Shown one piece after another: positions 44,291 to 52,946 of a stretch of DNA of 64,000 nucleotides. Each line of letters begins with the position of its first letter. The stretch's first letter is position 1. The notes under the pieces were generated by a model that made no database searches, was not told the origin of the DNA, and was given only the letters and a program-made list of their open reading frames with translations. Source of the DNA: Alphaproteobacteria bacterium. Lineage in GTDB: Bacteria; Pseudomonadota; Alphaproteobacteria; VGDZ01. The DNA is taken from contig VGDZ01000008.1 in assembly GCA_016869515.1 (NCBI GenBank), positions 2,437 through 66,436 of the forward strand. The letters are read 5' to 3'. Made by a program: the position numbers and the translations under genes.

Positions 44291-47035
44291 ATGTCGGCCG
44301 CCCCGGAACGAAGCCAGGTTCCGGTCTATTGCTATCAGTGCGTCGCCGGCCCCGATCTGCTCAAGGTCGAGGTGGCGGGCGACGTGGCGTTGCGGGTCGC
44401 ACCCAATTTCGATTGCGCCGCCGAGCACCCGGGCGGCGGCAAGGTCTGCGTCAAGGCCTATGGCCTGGTGCAGAAGACCTACAATCCGCACCGCATCCGC
44501 CAACCGATGATGCGCACCAATCCGCGCAAGGGGCGCGACCAGGACCCGGGCTTCGTGCCGATCTCCTGGGACGAGGCGCTGACGCTGGTGGCCGACCGGC
44601 TGCGCGCGGTGCGCGAACAGGGCCTGGTCGACGAGCGGGGCTATCCCAGGCTTGCAGCCTCGTTCGGCGGTGGCGGCACGCCGACCCAGTATATGGGCAC
44701 CTTCCCCGCCTTCCTGTCGGCCTGGGGCCCGGTCGATCTCGGCTTCGGCTCGGGCCAGGGCGTCAAGTGCTACCACTCCGAACATCTTTACGGCGAGCTT
44801 TGGCATCGCGCCTTCATCGTCTCGCCCGACACGCCGCTGTGCCGTTTCGTGCTGTCCTTCGGCAACAACACCGATGCCTCGTCGGGCGTGGCCGGCGTGG
44901 CGCGGCACGCCGAGGCTCGCGCCCGCGGCCTGCGCCGCATCCAGATCGAGCCGCATCTGTCGATCTCGGCCGCGCTGGCCTCGGAATGGGTGCCGATCCG
45001 GCCCAAGACCGACGCGGCTTTTCTCTACGCCATGCTGCATCGCATTCTGATCGAGCGCGATTGGCGAATCTGCTGCGATCTGCCTTTCCTCGGACGGGAC
45101 ACCAACGCGCCCTATCTGGTCGGACCCAACGGCTATTTCCTGCGCGACCCCGAAAGCAAGAAGCCGCTGGTCTGGGACCAGAACGGCGGCTGCACCCGGC
45201 CGCAGGACGCGCCGATCGGCCGCCCGCTGCTCGACGGCACGGTTCGCGCCGGCGGCGTCGAGATCGGGCCCGACGGCCAAGTCTGGCGTCATGAAGAGGT
45301 CGAGGTTTCCACCGCCTTCCGCAAGCTGATCGACCATCTGCGGCCCTACTCTCCGGACTGGGCAGCGGCGGAATGCGAGGTTCCGGCCGACACCATCCGC
45401 CGCATCGCCGACGAGTTCGTCACGCAGGCCCGGGTCGGCGAGACCGTCGTCATCGACGGCGTAACGCTGCCCTACCGGCCGGTGGCGGTGATCCTGGGCA
45501 AGACCGTCAACAACGGCTGGGGCGGGTTCGAGGCCACCTGGGGACGGACGCTGCTGGCCTGCCTGGTCGGCGCGCTGGAAGTGCCGGGCGGCACGCTCGG
45601 CACCAACGTCAAGCTCAACCGGCCGGCCGACGATCGCCACGCCACCGTCACGCCGACCGCCGACGGCTTCATGGCCTATCCCTTCAACGCCACCGACCGC
45701 GCGGGCTGGCAATCGAAGCCGCATATCCGCAACGCCTATCGCACGCTGGTGCCGCTGGCGGCCAATTCGGCCTGGTCGCCGGCGCTGGGTCCGGCGCACC
45801 TGCCCTGGCTGTTCCTGAAGGCACCGCCCGAGCGGTGGCCGGCGCCGACGCGGCCGGCAGTGTGGTTCTGCTATCGCACCAATCCGGCGATCTCGTTCTG
45901 GGACACCGAAGCCGTGGCCGAACGCATCGCCGAATTCCCCTTCGTCGTCGCCTTTGCCTACACCCGCGACGAGACCAACCACATGGCCGACATCTTGCTG
46001 CCCGAGGCCGGCGACCTCGAGGGCCTGCAGCTGATCCCGATCGGCACCACCAAGTTCATCGAGCAGTTCTGGACCCGCCGGGGCTGGGCGATCCGCCAGC
46101 CGGCAGGCGCTTCGCCGGTCGACTGCCGCGACATGACCGACATCGCCACCGAACTGGCGCGGCGCCTCGGCCTGCTCGAAGCCTACAACCAGGCCATCAA
46201 CCGCGGCGCCGCCGGCGTGGCGCTGAAGGGCGAGGACTACGATTACGGCCTCGAGCCGCATCTGCTTCACGACCGCGACGCGATCTGGGACCGCGCCTGC
46301 CGCGCCGCCAGCCACGCCCTGACCGACGGCAAGCAGGTCCGCGACCTGGCGTGGTTCAAGGCACATGGCGCCATGACCGTACCCTTCCCGCAATTGCGCT
46401 GGTATCTCTACCCGACGCTCAAGGCCAAGGGCCTGCGCTTCGAATTGCCCTATCAGGAGCGCCTGCTGCGCCATGGCAGCGAGCTTGGGAACCGGCTGCA
46501 CGAAAGCGGCATTGCCTGGTGGGACAAGCAGTTGGGCGAATACCAGGCGCTGCCGGCCTATAAGCGCTTTCCCGAGATCTTCGTCGAATACGCCCGCGAG
46601 GTCGGGCGCGATCCGGCCGAGTTCCCGTTCTGGGCGCTGACCGCGCGCAGCATGCAGTATTCCTGGGGCGCCAATGCCGGCCTGCCGCTGATCGACGAGA
46701 TGGCGCGCAACATCGCCGGCCATTCCGGCGTGATCGTCAATGCCGACACCGCGGCCAAGCTTGGCATCGCGGAGGGCGATCCAGTCGAGATCGAATCCGT
46801 GGTCGGTCGCACCCACGGCCATGCCACGCTGCGCCAGGGCATCCGCCCCGACACCATCGTCATGATCGGCCAGTTCGATCATTGGGCGATGCCGGTGGCC
46901 AAGGATTTCGGCCGCGCCAGCCTCAATCCGCTGATGCCGATGGCGCTGTCGCTGACCGACGCCACCGGCTCGGGCTCGGACACGGTGCGCGTCGCGCTGC
47001 GCCGGGGCAGCGGGCCAAGGCGCGCCGAGCCATGA
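44291..47035 (+). CDS. molybdopterin (bis-PGD, DMSO-reductase family) oxidoreductase catalytic subunit, no Tat signal
   Basis: 914 aa. The N-terminus MSAAPERSQVPVYCYQC lacks RRxFLK. It has an N-terminal Cys cluster and molybdopterin oxidoreductase and dinucleotide-binding regions. It is followed by an FeS/anchor gene. Confidence 0.8.
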   Translation: MSAAPERSQVPVYCYQCVAGPDLLKVEVAGDVALRVAPNFDCAAEHPGGGKVCVKAYGLVQKTYNPHRIRQPMMRTNPRKGRDQDPGFVPISWDEALTLVADRLRAVREQGLVDERGYPRLAASFGGGGTPTQYMGTFPAFLSAWGPVDLGFGSGQGVKCYHSEHLYGELWHRAFIVSPDTPLCRFVLSFGNNTDASSGVAGVARHAEARARGLRRIQIEPHLSISAALASEWVPIRPKTDAAFLYAMLHRILIERDWRICCDLPFLGRDTNAPYLVGPNGYFLRDPESKKPLVWDQNGGCTRPQDAPIGRPLLDGTVRAGGVEIGPDGQVWRHEEVEVSTAFRKLIDHLRPYSPDWAAAECEVPADTIRRIADEFVTQARVGETVVIDGVTLPYRPVAVILGKTVNNGWGGFEATWGRTLLACLVGALEVPGGTLGTNVKLNRPADDRHATVTPTADGFMAYPFNATDRAGWQSKPHIRNAYRTLVPLAANSAWSPALGPAHLPWLFLKAPPERWPAPTRPAVWFCYRTNPAISFWDTEAVAERIAEFPFVVAFAYTRDETNHMADILLPEAGDLEGLQLIPIGTTKFIEQFWTRRGWAIRQPAGASPVDCRDMTDIATELARRLGLLEAYNQAINRGAAGVALKGEDYDYGLEPHLLHDRDAIWDRACRAASHALTDGKQVRDLAWFKAHGAMTVPFPQLRWYLYPTLKAKGLRFELPYQERLLRHGSELGNRLHESGIAWWDKQLGEYQALPAYKRFPEIFVEYAREVGRDPAEFPFWALTARSMQYSWGANAGLPLIDEMARNIAGHSGVIVNADTAAKLGIAEGDPVEIESVVGRTHGHATLRQGIRPDTIVMIGQFDHWAMPVAKDFGRASLNPLMPMALSLTDATGSGSDTVRVALRRGSGPRRAEP

Positions 47036-48630
47036 GCGCCGTGGCCGCGACCCGGCGCTGGGGCATGGCGATCGATCTCGATCGCTGCGTCGGCTGCCAG
47101 ACCTGCGCCGTCGCCTGCAAGCACGCGAACGACACCCCGCTGGGCATCCAATGGCGGCGGGTGCTGGACGTGGAGCTGGGCAAGTTCCCGGACGTGGCGC
47201 GGCTGTTCCTCCCGGTCGGCTGCCAGCATTGCGACGATCCGCCTTGCGTGCCGGTCTGTCCCTCGGGCGCCACGCGCCGGCGCGCCGACGGCATCGTCAC
47301 CCAGGATTACGATCTCTGCATCGGCTGCGGCTATTGCGCGGTGTCCTGCCCCTATGGCGCCCGCAGCATCGACCACGCGCCGCGCGGCTATTTCGGCGCC
47401 GCCCTGACGCGCCAGGAAGGCGCCGTCGCCCATGACGAGCGCCGCGGCGTGGCGCAGAAATGCACCTTCTGCGTCGAGCGCATCGATCGCGGCCTGGCCC
47501 GCGGCCTGGTGCCGGGCGTCGATCCCGAGGCGACGCCGGCCTGCGCCGCTGCCTGCATCGCCGGCGCGATGACCTTCGGCGATCTGGCCGATCCGGCCAG
47601 CCCGGTCGCGCGGCTGCTGGCCGCCAATCCCGGCACGGTGCTGAACGGCCCGCTCGGCGCCGGCCCCAATCTGCGTTATTTCACCCGCGCCCCCAGCGCC
47701 GACATCGCCTTGGCCATGCCCGCGACCAGCCCTTTGACCGGGCGCAGGCAGCGGCGCTGGGACATCCGCGCCGTGGCCAATTTCGGTCTCGGCGGCAGCG
47801 GGTCGGGCTTGGCGGCGGTGGCTTCGGCGTTCGGTCTGTTCGGCTTGCTGGACCGATCGGCGATCCTGCTGCTGCACCTGCTGGCGGCGGGGCTGATCGC
47901 CGCCGGCCTGACGGCGGTGTGGTTCGAGATCGGCCGCATGGAGCGCCTGCTCAACGCGCTGCGGCGTCCGCGGAGTTCGTGGATGAGCCGCGAGATGTAC
48001 GTCGTCGGCGCGCTGTTCGCGGCCCTCGGCGCCGAGTGGCTGTGGCCGGGTCCGGAATCGACCGGGCTGGTCGGTCTGCTCGCCCTCGCCTTCCTCTATT
48101 GCCAGGCGCGCATCCTGACCGCGGCCAAGGGCATTCCCGCTTGGCGGCCGCGGGCGATGCGCTGGCTGTTGCTGGCTTCCGGCCTGGCCGAAGGCTGCGG
48201 CTGGCTGGCGCTTGGGAATGCCTTGCTCCCGTTCGCGCCCGATCTGACCGCGCCGCTCGGCCTGGCCATGATCCTGGCGGCCGCCGCGCTGGCGACGCTG
48301 TGGCCGATCTACTGGCGCGAGGCCGTGGCCGGCGGTCTGGGCGATGGCGCCAAGCGCGAGATCGCCGGCCTGATGCCGGCCATGCTGGGCATCGGCCAGG
48401 TGCTGCCGGCGATGCTGGCGGCCGGCGCCCTGCTCGCTTCCGGCCTGGTCGCGCTCGCGCTTTCGGGCATAGCCGGCGCCATCCTGGTCGTCGGCGGCCT
48501 GTGCTGGAAGTACGCCGTCATCGTCGATGCCTCCCATGTCCAGGACCTGATCCTGCCGCAAGTGCCCCGGCGCGGCTCGGGCCGTCTGGCAGCCCTTCCG
48601 TCCGAACCCGTCGAGGTCCGCCCGTCATGA
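47032..48630 (+). CDS. fused DmsB-like 4x[4Fe-4S] ferredoxin domain + DmsC-like 8-TM membrane anchor
   Basis: The ATG at 47032 overlaps the upstream stop (ATGA). Four Cys groups: CVGCQTCAVAC, CQHCDDPPCVPVCP, CIGCGYCAVSCP, CTFC...CAAAC. These are followed by about 8 hydrophobic helices. Confidence 0.8.
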   Translation: MSAVAATRRWGMAIDLDRCVGCQTCAVACKHANDTPLGIQWRRVLDVELGKFPDVARLFLPVGCQHCDDPPCVPVCPSGATRRRADGIVTQDYDLCIGCGYCAVSCPYGARSIDHAPRGYFGAALTRQEGAVAHDERRGVAQKCTFCVERIDRGLARGLVPGVDPEATPACAAACIAGAMTFGDLADPASPVARLLAANPGTVLNGPLGAGPNLRYFTRAPSADIALAMPATSPLTGRRQRRWDIRAVANFGLGGSGSGLAAVASAFGLFGLLDRSAILLLHLLAAGLIAAGLTAVWFEIGRMERLLNALRRPRSSWMSREMYVVGALFAALGAEWLWPGPESTGLVGLLALAFLYCQARILTAAKGIPAWRPRAMRWLLLASGLAEGCGWLALGNALLPFAPDLTAPLGLAMILAAAALATLWPIYWREAVAGGLGDGAKREIAGLMPAMLGIGQVLPAMLAAGALLASGLVALALSGIAGAILVVGGLCWKYAVIVDASHVQDLILPQVPRRGSGRLAALPSEPVEVRPS

Positions 48631-49649
48631 ACCATGCCCAGCCCCAAGCCGCCCTGCGCCCGCTCGCGCCGGCCGATCTCGACGCCGTCGTCGCCTTGGA
48701 TGCGGCGCGCGCCGGCCGTTCGCGGCGGGGATATTTCCAGAAACGCCTGGCGGCGGCGCTGCGCGATCCCGCCGGCCATGTCCAGTTCGGCGCCGAGAGC
48801 GGCGGCAAGCTGGTTGGGCACGTGCTGGCGCGGCTGCGCGAAGAGGAGTTCGGGCGCCACGCGCCAGTGCTGGCGATCGAGGCGATCGCGGTCGCGCCGG
48901 AACAGGCCGGCCGCGGCCTCGGCCACCGGTTGATCGCGGCGCTGGAGGACACGATGTGGCGGCGCGGCGTCGACGAATTGCAGACCGACGCCGCCTGGAC
49001 CGACCACGCGCTGCTGCGCTTTTTCGATTCCTGCGGCTTTCGCCTGGCGCCAAGGCAAGTGATCGCGCGTGCCGTCGCCGGCGGCATCGCCCATCCCGCT
49101 CCGGCCGACGACGCCGCGGCGGTGCCGGTGACAGTCGAGCGGCCGGTCGAGATCGACTACGGCGCGCCGGGGCTGGCCGACTACCAGCCGCTGGCGCATG
49201 ATCGCCACGCCGTGCGCTCGATGCGCGCCGACGACCTGGCGGCCATCTCCCGCATCGACCGCCGCATCACTGGCCGCGACCGCAGCTTCTATTTCAAGAA
49301 GCGGCTCGACGAGGCGCTGCTGGATTCGGCGGTGCGGGTGTCGCTGGTGGCCGAGCAGGACGGCGCTCCGGTCGGCTTCGTCATGACCCGGACCGATGCC
49401 GGCGAGTTCGGCCACACCGAACCGACCGCGATCCTGGACACCATCGGCGTCGATCCGGCGCTGACCGGCCAGGGCGTCGGCACGGCCATGCTGTCGCAAC
49501 TGCTGGTCAATTTGGGCGGGCTGCGGATCGAGACCGTCGAGACCGAGGTCGCGCGCGAGGACTTCGCCCTGCTCAAATTCCTTTACGACGCCGGCTTCGT
49601 GCCGGCCCAGCGCCTGGTGTTCGCGCGCGCCGCCAAGCCGCGGCTCTAG
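48627..49649 (+). CDS. tandem GNAT-domain N-acetyltransferase-family protein
   Basis: The ATG at 48627 overlaps the upstream stop (ATGA). 340 aa with two GNAT cores (IAVAPEQAGRGLGHRLI and IGVDPALTGQGVGTAML). Confidence 0.7.
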   Translation: MNHAQPQAALRPLAPADLDAVVALDAARAGRSRRGYFQKRLAAALRDPAGHVQFGAESGGKLVGHVLARLREEEFGRHAPVLAIEAIAVAPEQAGRGLGHRLIAALEDTMWRRGVDELQTDAAWTDHALLRFFDSCGFRLAPRQVIARAVAGGIAHPAPADDAAAVPVTVERPVEIDYGAPGLADYQPLAHDRHAVRSMRADDLAAISRIDRRITGRDRSFYFKKRLDEALLDSAVRVSLVAEQDGAPVGFVMTRTDAGEFGHTEPTAILDTIGVDPALTGQGVGTAMLSQLLVNLGGLRIETVETEVAREDFALLKFLYDAGFVPAQRLVFARAAKPRL

Positions 49650-49660
49650 ACCGCGATCGG

Positions 49661-49784
49661 TTTGCATGGAATCGCAGACGCTATTCCATGCAAACCGTGA
49701 ATCGCGGTCCAGAGCGGGATACGAGGGCATGATTCACGATCCGTCTTGAACCACTTGGTTCAAGACGGATCGATCATGCCCTAG
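49661..49784. repeat. Intact intergenic mosaic palindromic repeat (empty-site copy of the IS target)
   Basis: Hairpin tttgcatggaat/attccatgcaaa (49661-49694). A perfect 34-bp palindrome gatccgtcttgaaccacttggttcaagacggatc (49738-49771) is flanked by gggcatgat/atcatgccc arms. The terminal cta is the stop of the ankyrin gene. Confidence 0.8.
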
Positions 49785-50461
49785 CGGCGGGAATCTACGG
49801 TAAGGATTTCGACCATGCGGGCATAACCCGTTCGCCGCGCGTGATCCAGCGGCGTCAGGCCGGCGCGGTCGGGGATCGAAATATCGGCGCCGGCCCCGAC
49901 CAGGGCGCGCAAGGTCGCCTGATGGCGCGACCCGCCATCGCCCAGCACCACCGCCTCCATCGCCGCCGTCCAGCCCAGATTGTTGACGTGATCGAGCGGC
50001 GCGCCGCCGGCGATCAGCGCCGCCACCACCTCGGCATGGCCAAGATGGGCGGCGGCGATCAGCGCGGTGCCGTCATAGGGCGAGGTGACGGCGCGCGCAT
50101 CCGCGCCCAGCGCCAGCGCCAATTCGACCATCGCCAGGTCGTTCTTGACCGCGGCGATGGTGACGATGTCGTAGCGCCGGGAATCCTTGGCGCGAAGATC
50201 GGCCCCGGCCCGCGCCAGCGCCTTGATCGCCTCGTAATGCGAGCCGTGAGCCGCGATGTGCACGGCGCTGCGGCCATGGCCGTCGCGCGCGTCGAGATCG
50301 GCCCCGGCCGCGATCGCCGCCGCGATCGCCCCGACATCGCCCTTGGCTGCCGCCGCCAGCAGCCCGGAATAGCTCGCGAGCTCGCGTGGCGACGGCGGTA
50401 CTTGCGCCAAGGCCAGCGACGCGGCCAGCCAGATGGCGAATGCCCAAACCCAATGTTTCAT
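49781..50461 (-). CDS. secreted ankyrin-repeat protein
   Basis: 226 aa; signal peptide MKHWVWAFAIWLAASLALAQ; about 5 ANK repeats (G.SAVHIAA..GH.E....L...GADL). Confidence 0.8.
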   Translation of the reverse strand: MKHWVWAFAIWLAASLALAQVPPSPRELASYSGLLAAAAKGDVGAIAAAIAAGADLDARDGHGRSAVHIAAHGSHYEAIKALARAGADLRAKDSRRYDIVTIAAVKNDLAMVELALALGADARAVTSPYDGTALIAAAHLGHAEVVAALIAGGAPLDHVNNLGWTAAMEAVVLGDGGSRHQATLRALVGAGADISIPDRAGLTPLDHARRTGYARMVEILTVDSRR

Positions 50462-50509
50462 GCGCCCGAGTGGACCACGATTCCGTCGGCGACGGAATTG
50501 CCCTCCGTC

Positions 50510-50755
50510 TCAGCCGTGGAGCGCGCGGTATTTTTCCATCAGCTGGTCCTGGCTTTCGGCATAATCCGGGTTGGCGACGATGCAGTCGGCCGGACACACC
50601 AGCTTGCATTGCGGCTCGTCGTGGGCGCCGACGCATTCGGTGCAGCGCAGCGCGTCGATGACGTAGACCGGATCGCCCTTGGCGATGGCCTCGTTGGGGC
50701 AGACCGGCACGCAGGCATCGCAATTGGTGCAGTCCTGGTTGATCAGCAGGGCCAT
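50510..50755 (-). CDS. fdx: 2x[4Fe-4S] ferredoxin (electron donor of benzoyl-CoA reductase, Thauera Fdx-like)
   Basis: 81 aa from ATG 50755: MALLINQDCTNCDACVPVCP ... CTECVGAHDEPQCKLVCP. Position directly after bcrD. Confidence 0.85.
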   Translation of the reverse strand: MALLINQDCTNCDACVPVCPNEAIAKGDPVYVIDALRCTECVGAHDEPQCKLVCPADCIVANPDYAESQDQLMEKYRALHG

Positions 50756-50772
50756 GACGCTTCTCCCCGATC

Positions 50773-51612
50773 TCAGGCGGCCTGGCGCTCGGCCAGCCGC
50801 GCCAGCTTGTCGTGACGATAGGCGCCCCACAACGCCGCCCCGAAGGCGCCGGCGAAGATCGAATCCGGATTGCAGCGGATGCGGGCCTTGAGCTTCTCCT
50901 TGGCCGCCGCCTCCTCCATCGCCGCCACCAGGCCGGAATCGAGCGCGAGGCCGCCCGACATGAAGATGTCGCCCTCGGCCACGCCCGCGGTCTTGACCAA
51001 CTTGGCCAGCCGGTCGGCCATCGACAGGTGGATGCCCTTGAGGATGTTGGCGGCCGAGATGCCGCGCGAGACCATGTTGATGACGTCGGTCTCGGCCAGC
51101 ACCGCGCAGATGCCCGACACCCGCTCGGGATTGTCGGCCTGGCGCGAGAGCGCGCCGATCTCGTCCTGGGCGATGCCGAGATAGCGGGCGATGTTCTCGA
51201 GGAACTGGCCCGAGCCCGAGGCGCATTGGCTGGTCATCTTGTAGGCCAGCACCTTGCCGCGCCCGTCCATGCGGATGGCGCGGCCGTGCAGCGCGCCGAC
51301 GTCGAGCGCGATGCGCGCCTCGGGGCACAGCCACATCGCGCCGCGGGCATGGGTGGTCATGGAATAGAAATGCCCGGTGTGAAAGGCCAGCGCCTCGCCC
51401 TCGCCGGTGGTGGCGGCATAGGCGACATCGCCGCGCTTGAGCCCGATCTCGGCCAGCACCTGATCGTAGGTATCGGCCGCCAGCTTGAGCGGATCGCGCT
51501 GGCGGACGCGCTCGACCCGCTTGGCCAGCACCTTGGCCTGCTCGCCCGCGACGTCGAGCACGGCGACCTTGATCGCCCCGGTGCCGACATCGATGCCCGC
51601 GGTGACGGTCAT
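50773..51612 (-). CDS. bcrD: benzoyl-CoA reductase subunit D (ATP-binding, BadG-like)
   Basis: 279 aa BcrAD_BadFG ATPase; GIDVGTGAIK, CASGSGQFLE, CAVLAETD motifs. Confidence 0.9.
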   Translation of the reverse strand: MTVTAGIDVGTGAIKVAVLDVAGEQAKVLAKRVERVRQRDPLKLAADTYDQVLAEIGLKRGDVAYAATTGEGEALAFHTGHFYSMTTHARGAMWLCPEARIALDVGALHGRAIRMDGRGKVLAYKMTSQCASGSGQFLENIARYLGIAQDEIGALSRQADNPERVSGICAVLAETDVINMVSRGISAANILKGIHLSMADRLAKLVKTAGVAEGDIFMSGGLALDSGLVAAMEEAAAKEKLKARIRCNPDSIFAGAFGAALWGAYRHDKLARLAERQAA

Positions 51613-51622
51613 GACGTTCTCC

Positions 51623-52933
51623 TCAGTTGACCGCGCGGCGGGCGAAGGTCGCCGCGCCCAGCGCGCCGGTGTAGATTGAATCCGGGTCGATGTTGATGTG
51701 CACCTCGCCGTAGTTCTCCTTGACCAGCTTGCGCAGCTCGCGCACGGCGGCGGCGTTCTTGGCCACGCCGCCGGTGAAGGTGAACTGGTCGCGGATGCCG
51801 CCGGCGCGCGAGATGATCGACATCGCCCGCAGCATGATGGCGCGGTGCAGCCCGGCCAGGATGTCCTCGCGCTTCTCGCCCAGCGCCAGCCGGTCGCGCA
51901 GCTCGGCGCCGGCGAAGACGGTGCAGGTCGAGTTGATGCGCGGCACCTTGGTGGCCTGCATCGCCATCGGCCCCAATTCGTGCAGGCCCAGGTTCATCTC
52001 GTCGGCGATGTAGCCGAGATAGCGCCCGCAGCCGGCGGCGCAGCGGTCGTTCATCTGGAAGTTCTCGACGATGCCGGTGGGGTCGACCTGGATGCCCTTG
52101 GTGTCCTGGCCGCCGATGTCCAGCACGGTGCGGGTGGCGGGGTACATCATGTGCGCGCCGAGGCCGTGGCACAGGATCTCGGAGCGGATGTGCTCCTTGG
52201 GGAAAGGCAGCCGCACGCGGCCATAGCCGGTGCCGACGACGTAGGTCTCCTCGATCTCGACCGCCAGCGCCGCATCGAGCGCGCGCTTGAGCGCGGCCGG
52301 CTCGAACGCCGCCTGGCCGTCCGCGGTCATGCGGGCGAAGCCGCGGGCGAATTTGTCGGCGCTGTCGTCCTCGGGGACGCGGCTTTCGACCTCGATGATC
52401 GACTTGTCGTAGACGTGCAACAGATCCTCGTAGGCCAGGCCGGATTCCTTGGCCAGGCCCTCGGCGATCTGGACGAAGCGCGAGCCGGCGTTGTCGCGGA
52501 AAAAGTCCGAACGCCGCGCCGCGCCCTTGGCGAACATCGCCGGCGCCTCGGCCCGCAGCCGCCGGAAGATTTCGTCCAGCGTCGCCGCCACGGCGCGCTT
52601 CTTGTCGGCCAAACGCGGGTCCTCGGCATGGCGGGCGCAGGCCTGGTGCAGCTGCTCGAGCTGACCCAGGAACTGCTCGAGCCGGAAGCCGCGTTCGAGG
52701 TCGCCGATCACCGCCTCGATCGCCGCGCGCCCGTTCCTGGCCTGGGATTCGAGCGCCTTGCGGAACAGGGTGAAGCGCGTGCCGATGCGCGCTTCCTGCT
52801 TGGTGACGGCGGTGGCGGTGTCGTAGTTCGAGCGCGAATTGGTGATGCCGCGGCCGAGGATCTCCAGGTTCTCGTCCATCAGCACCGCCTTGGTGGTGGT
52901 CGAGCCGAGATCGATGCCGATGAAGCAGCGCAT
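51623..52933 (-). CDS. bcrA: benzoyl-CoA reductase subunit A (ATP-binding, BadF-like)
   Basis: 436 aa; [29 protein letters not shown] motifs. Confidence 0.9.
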   Translation of the reverse strand: MRCFIGIDLGSTTTKAVLMDENLEILGRGITNSRSNYDTATAVTKQEARIGTRFTLFRKALESQARNGRAAIEAVIGDLERGFRLEQFLGQLEQLHQACARHAEDPRLADKKRAVAATLDEIFRRLRAEAPAMFAKGAARRSDFFRDNAGSRFVQIAEGLAKESGLAYEDLLHVYDKSIIEVESRVPEDDSADKFARGFARMTADGQAAFEPAALKRALDAALAVEIEETYVVGTGYGRVRLPFPKEHIRSEILCHGLGAHMMYPATRTVLDIGGQDTKGIQVDPTGIVENFQMNDRCAAGCGRYLGYIADEMNLGLHELGPMAMQATKVPRINSTCTVFAGAELRDRLALGEKREDILAGLHRAIMLRAMSIISRAGGIRDQFTFTGGVAKNAAAVRELRKLVKENYGEVHINIDPDSIYTGALGAATFARRAVN

Positions 52934-52946
52934 GACGGTTCCCCCC

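Noticed and set aside
44270-46882. 870-aa minus-strand ORF
   Set aside because: Antisense to the molybdopterin oxidoreductase gene. The plus-strand product has family features and operon coupling; this one does not.
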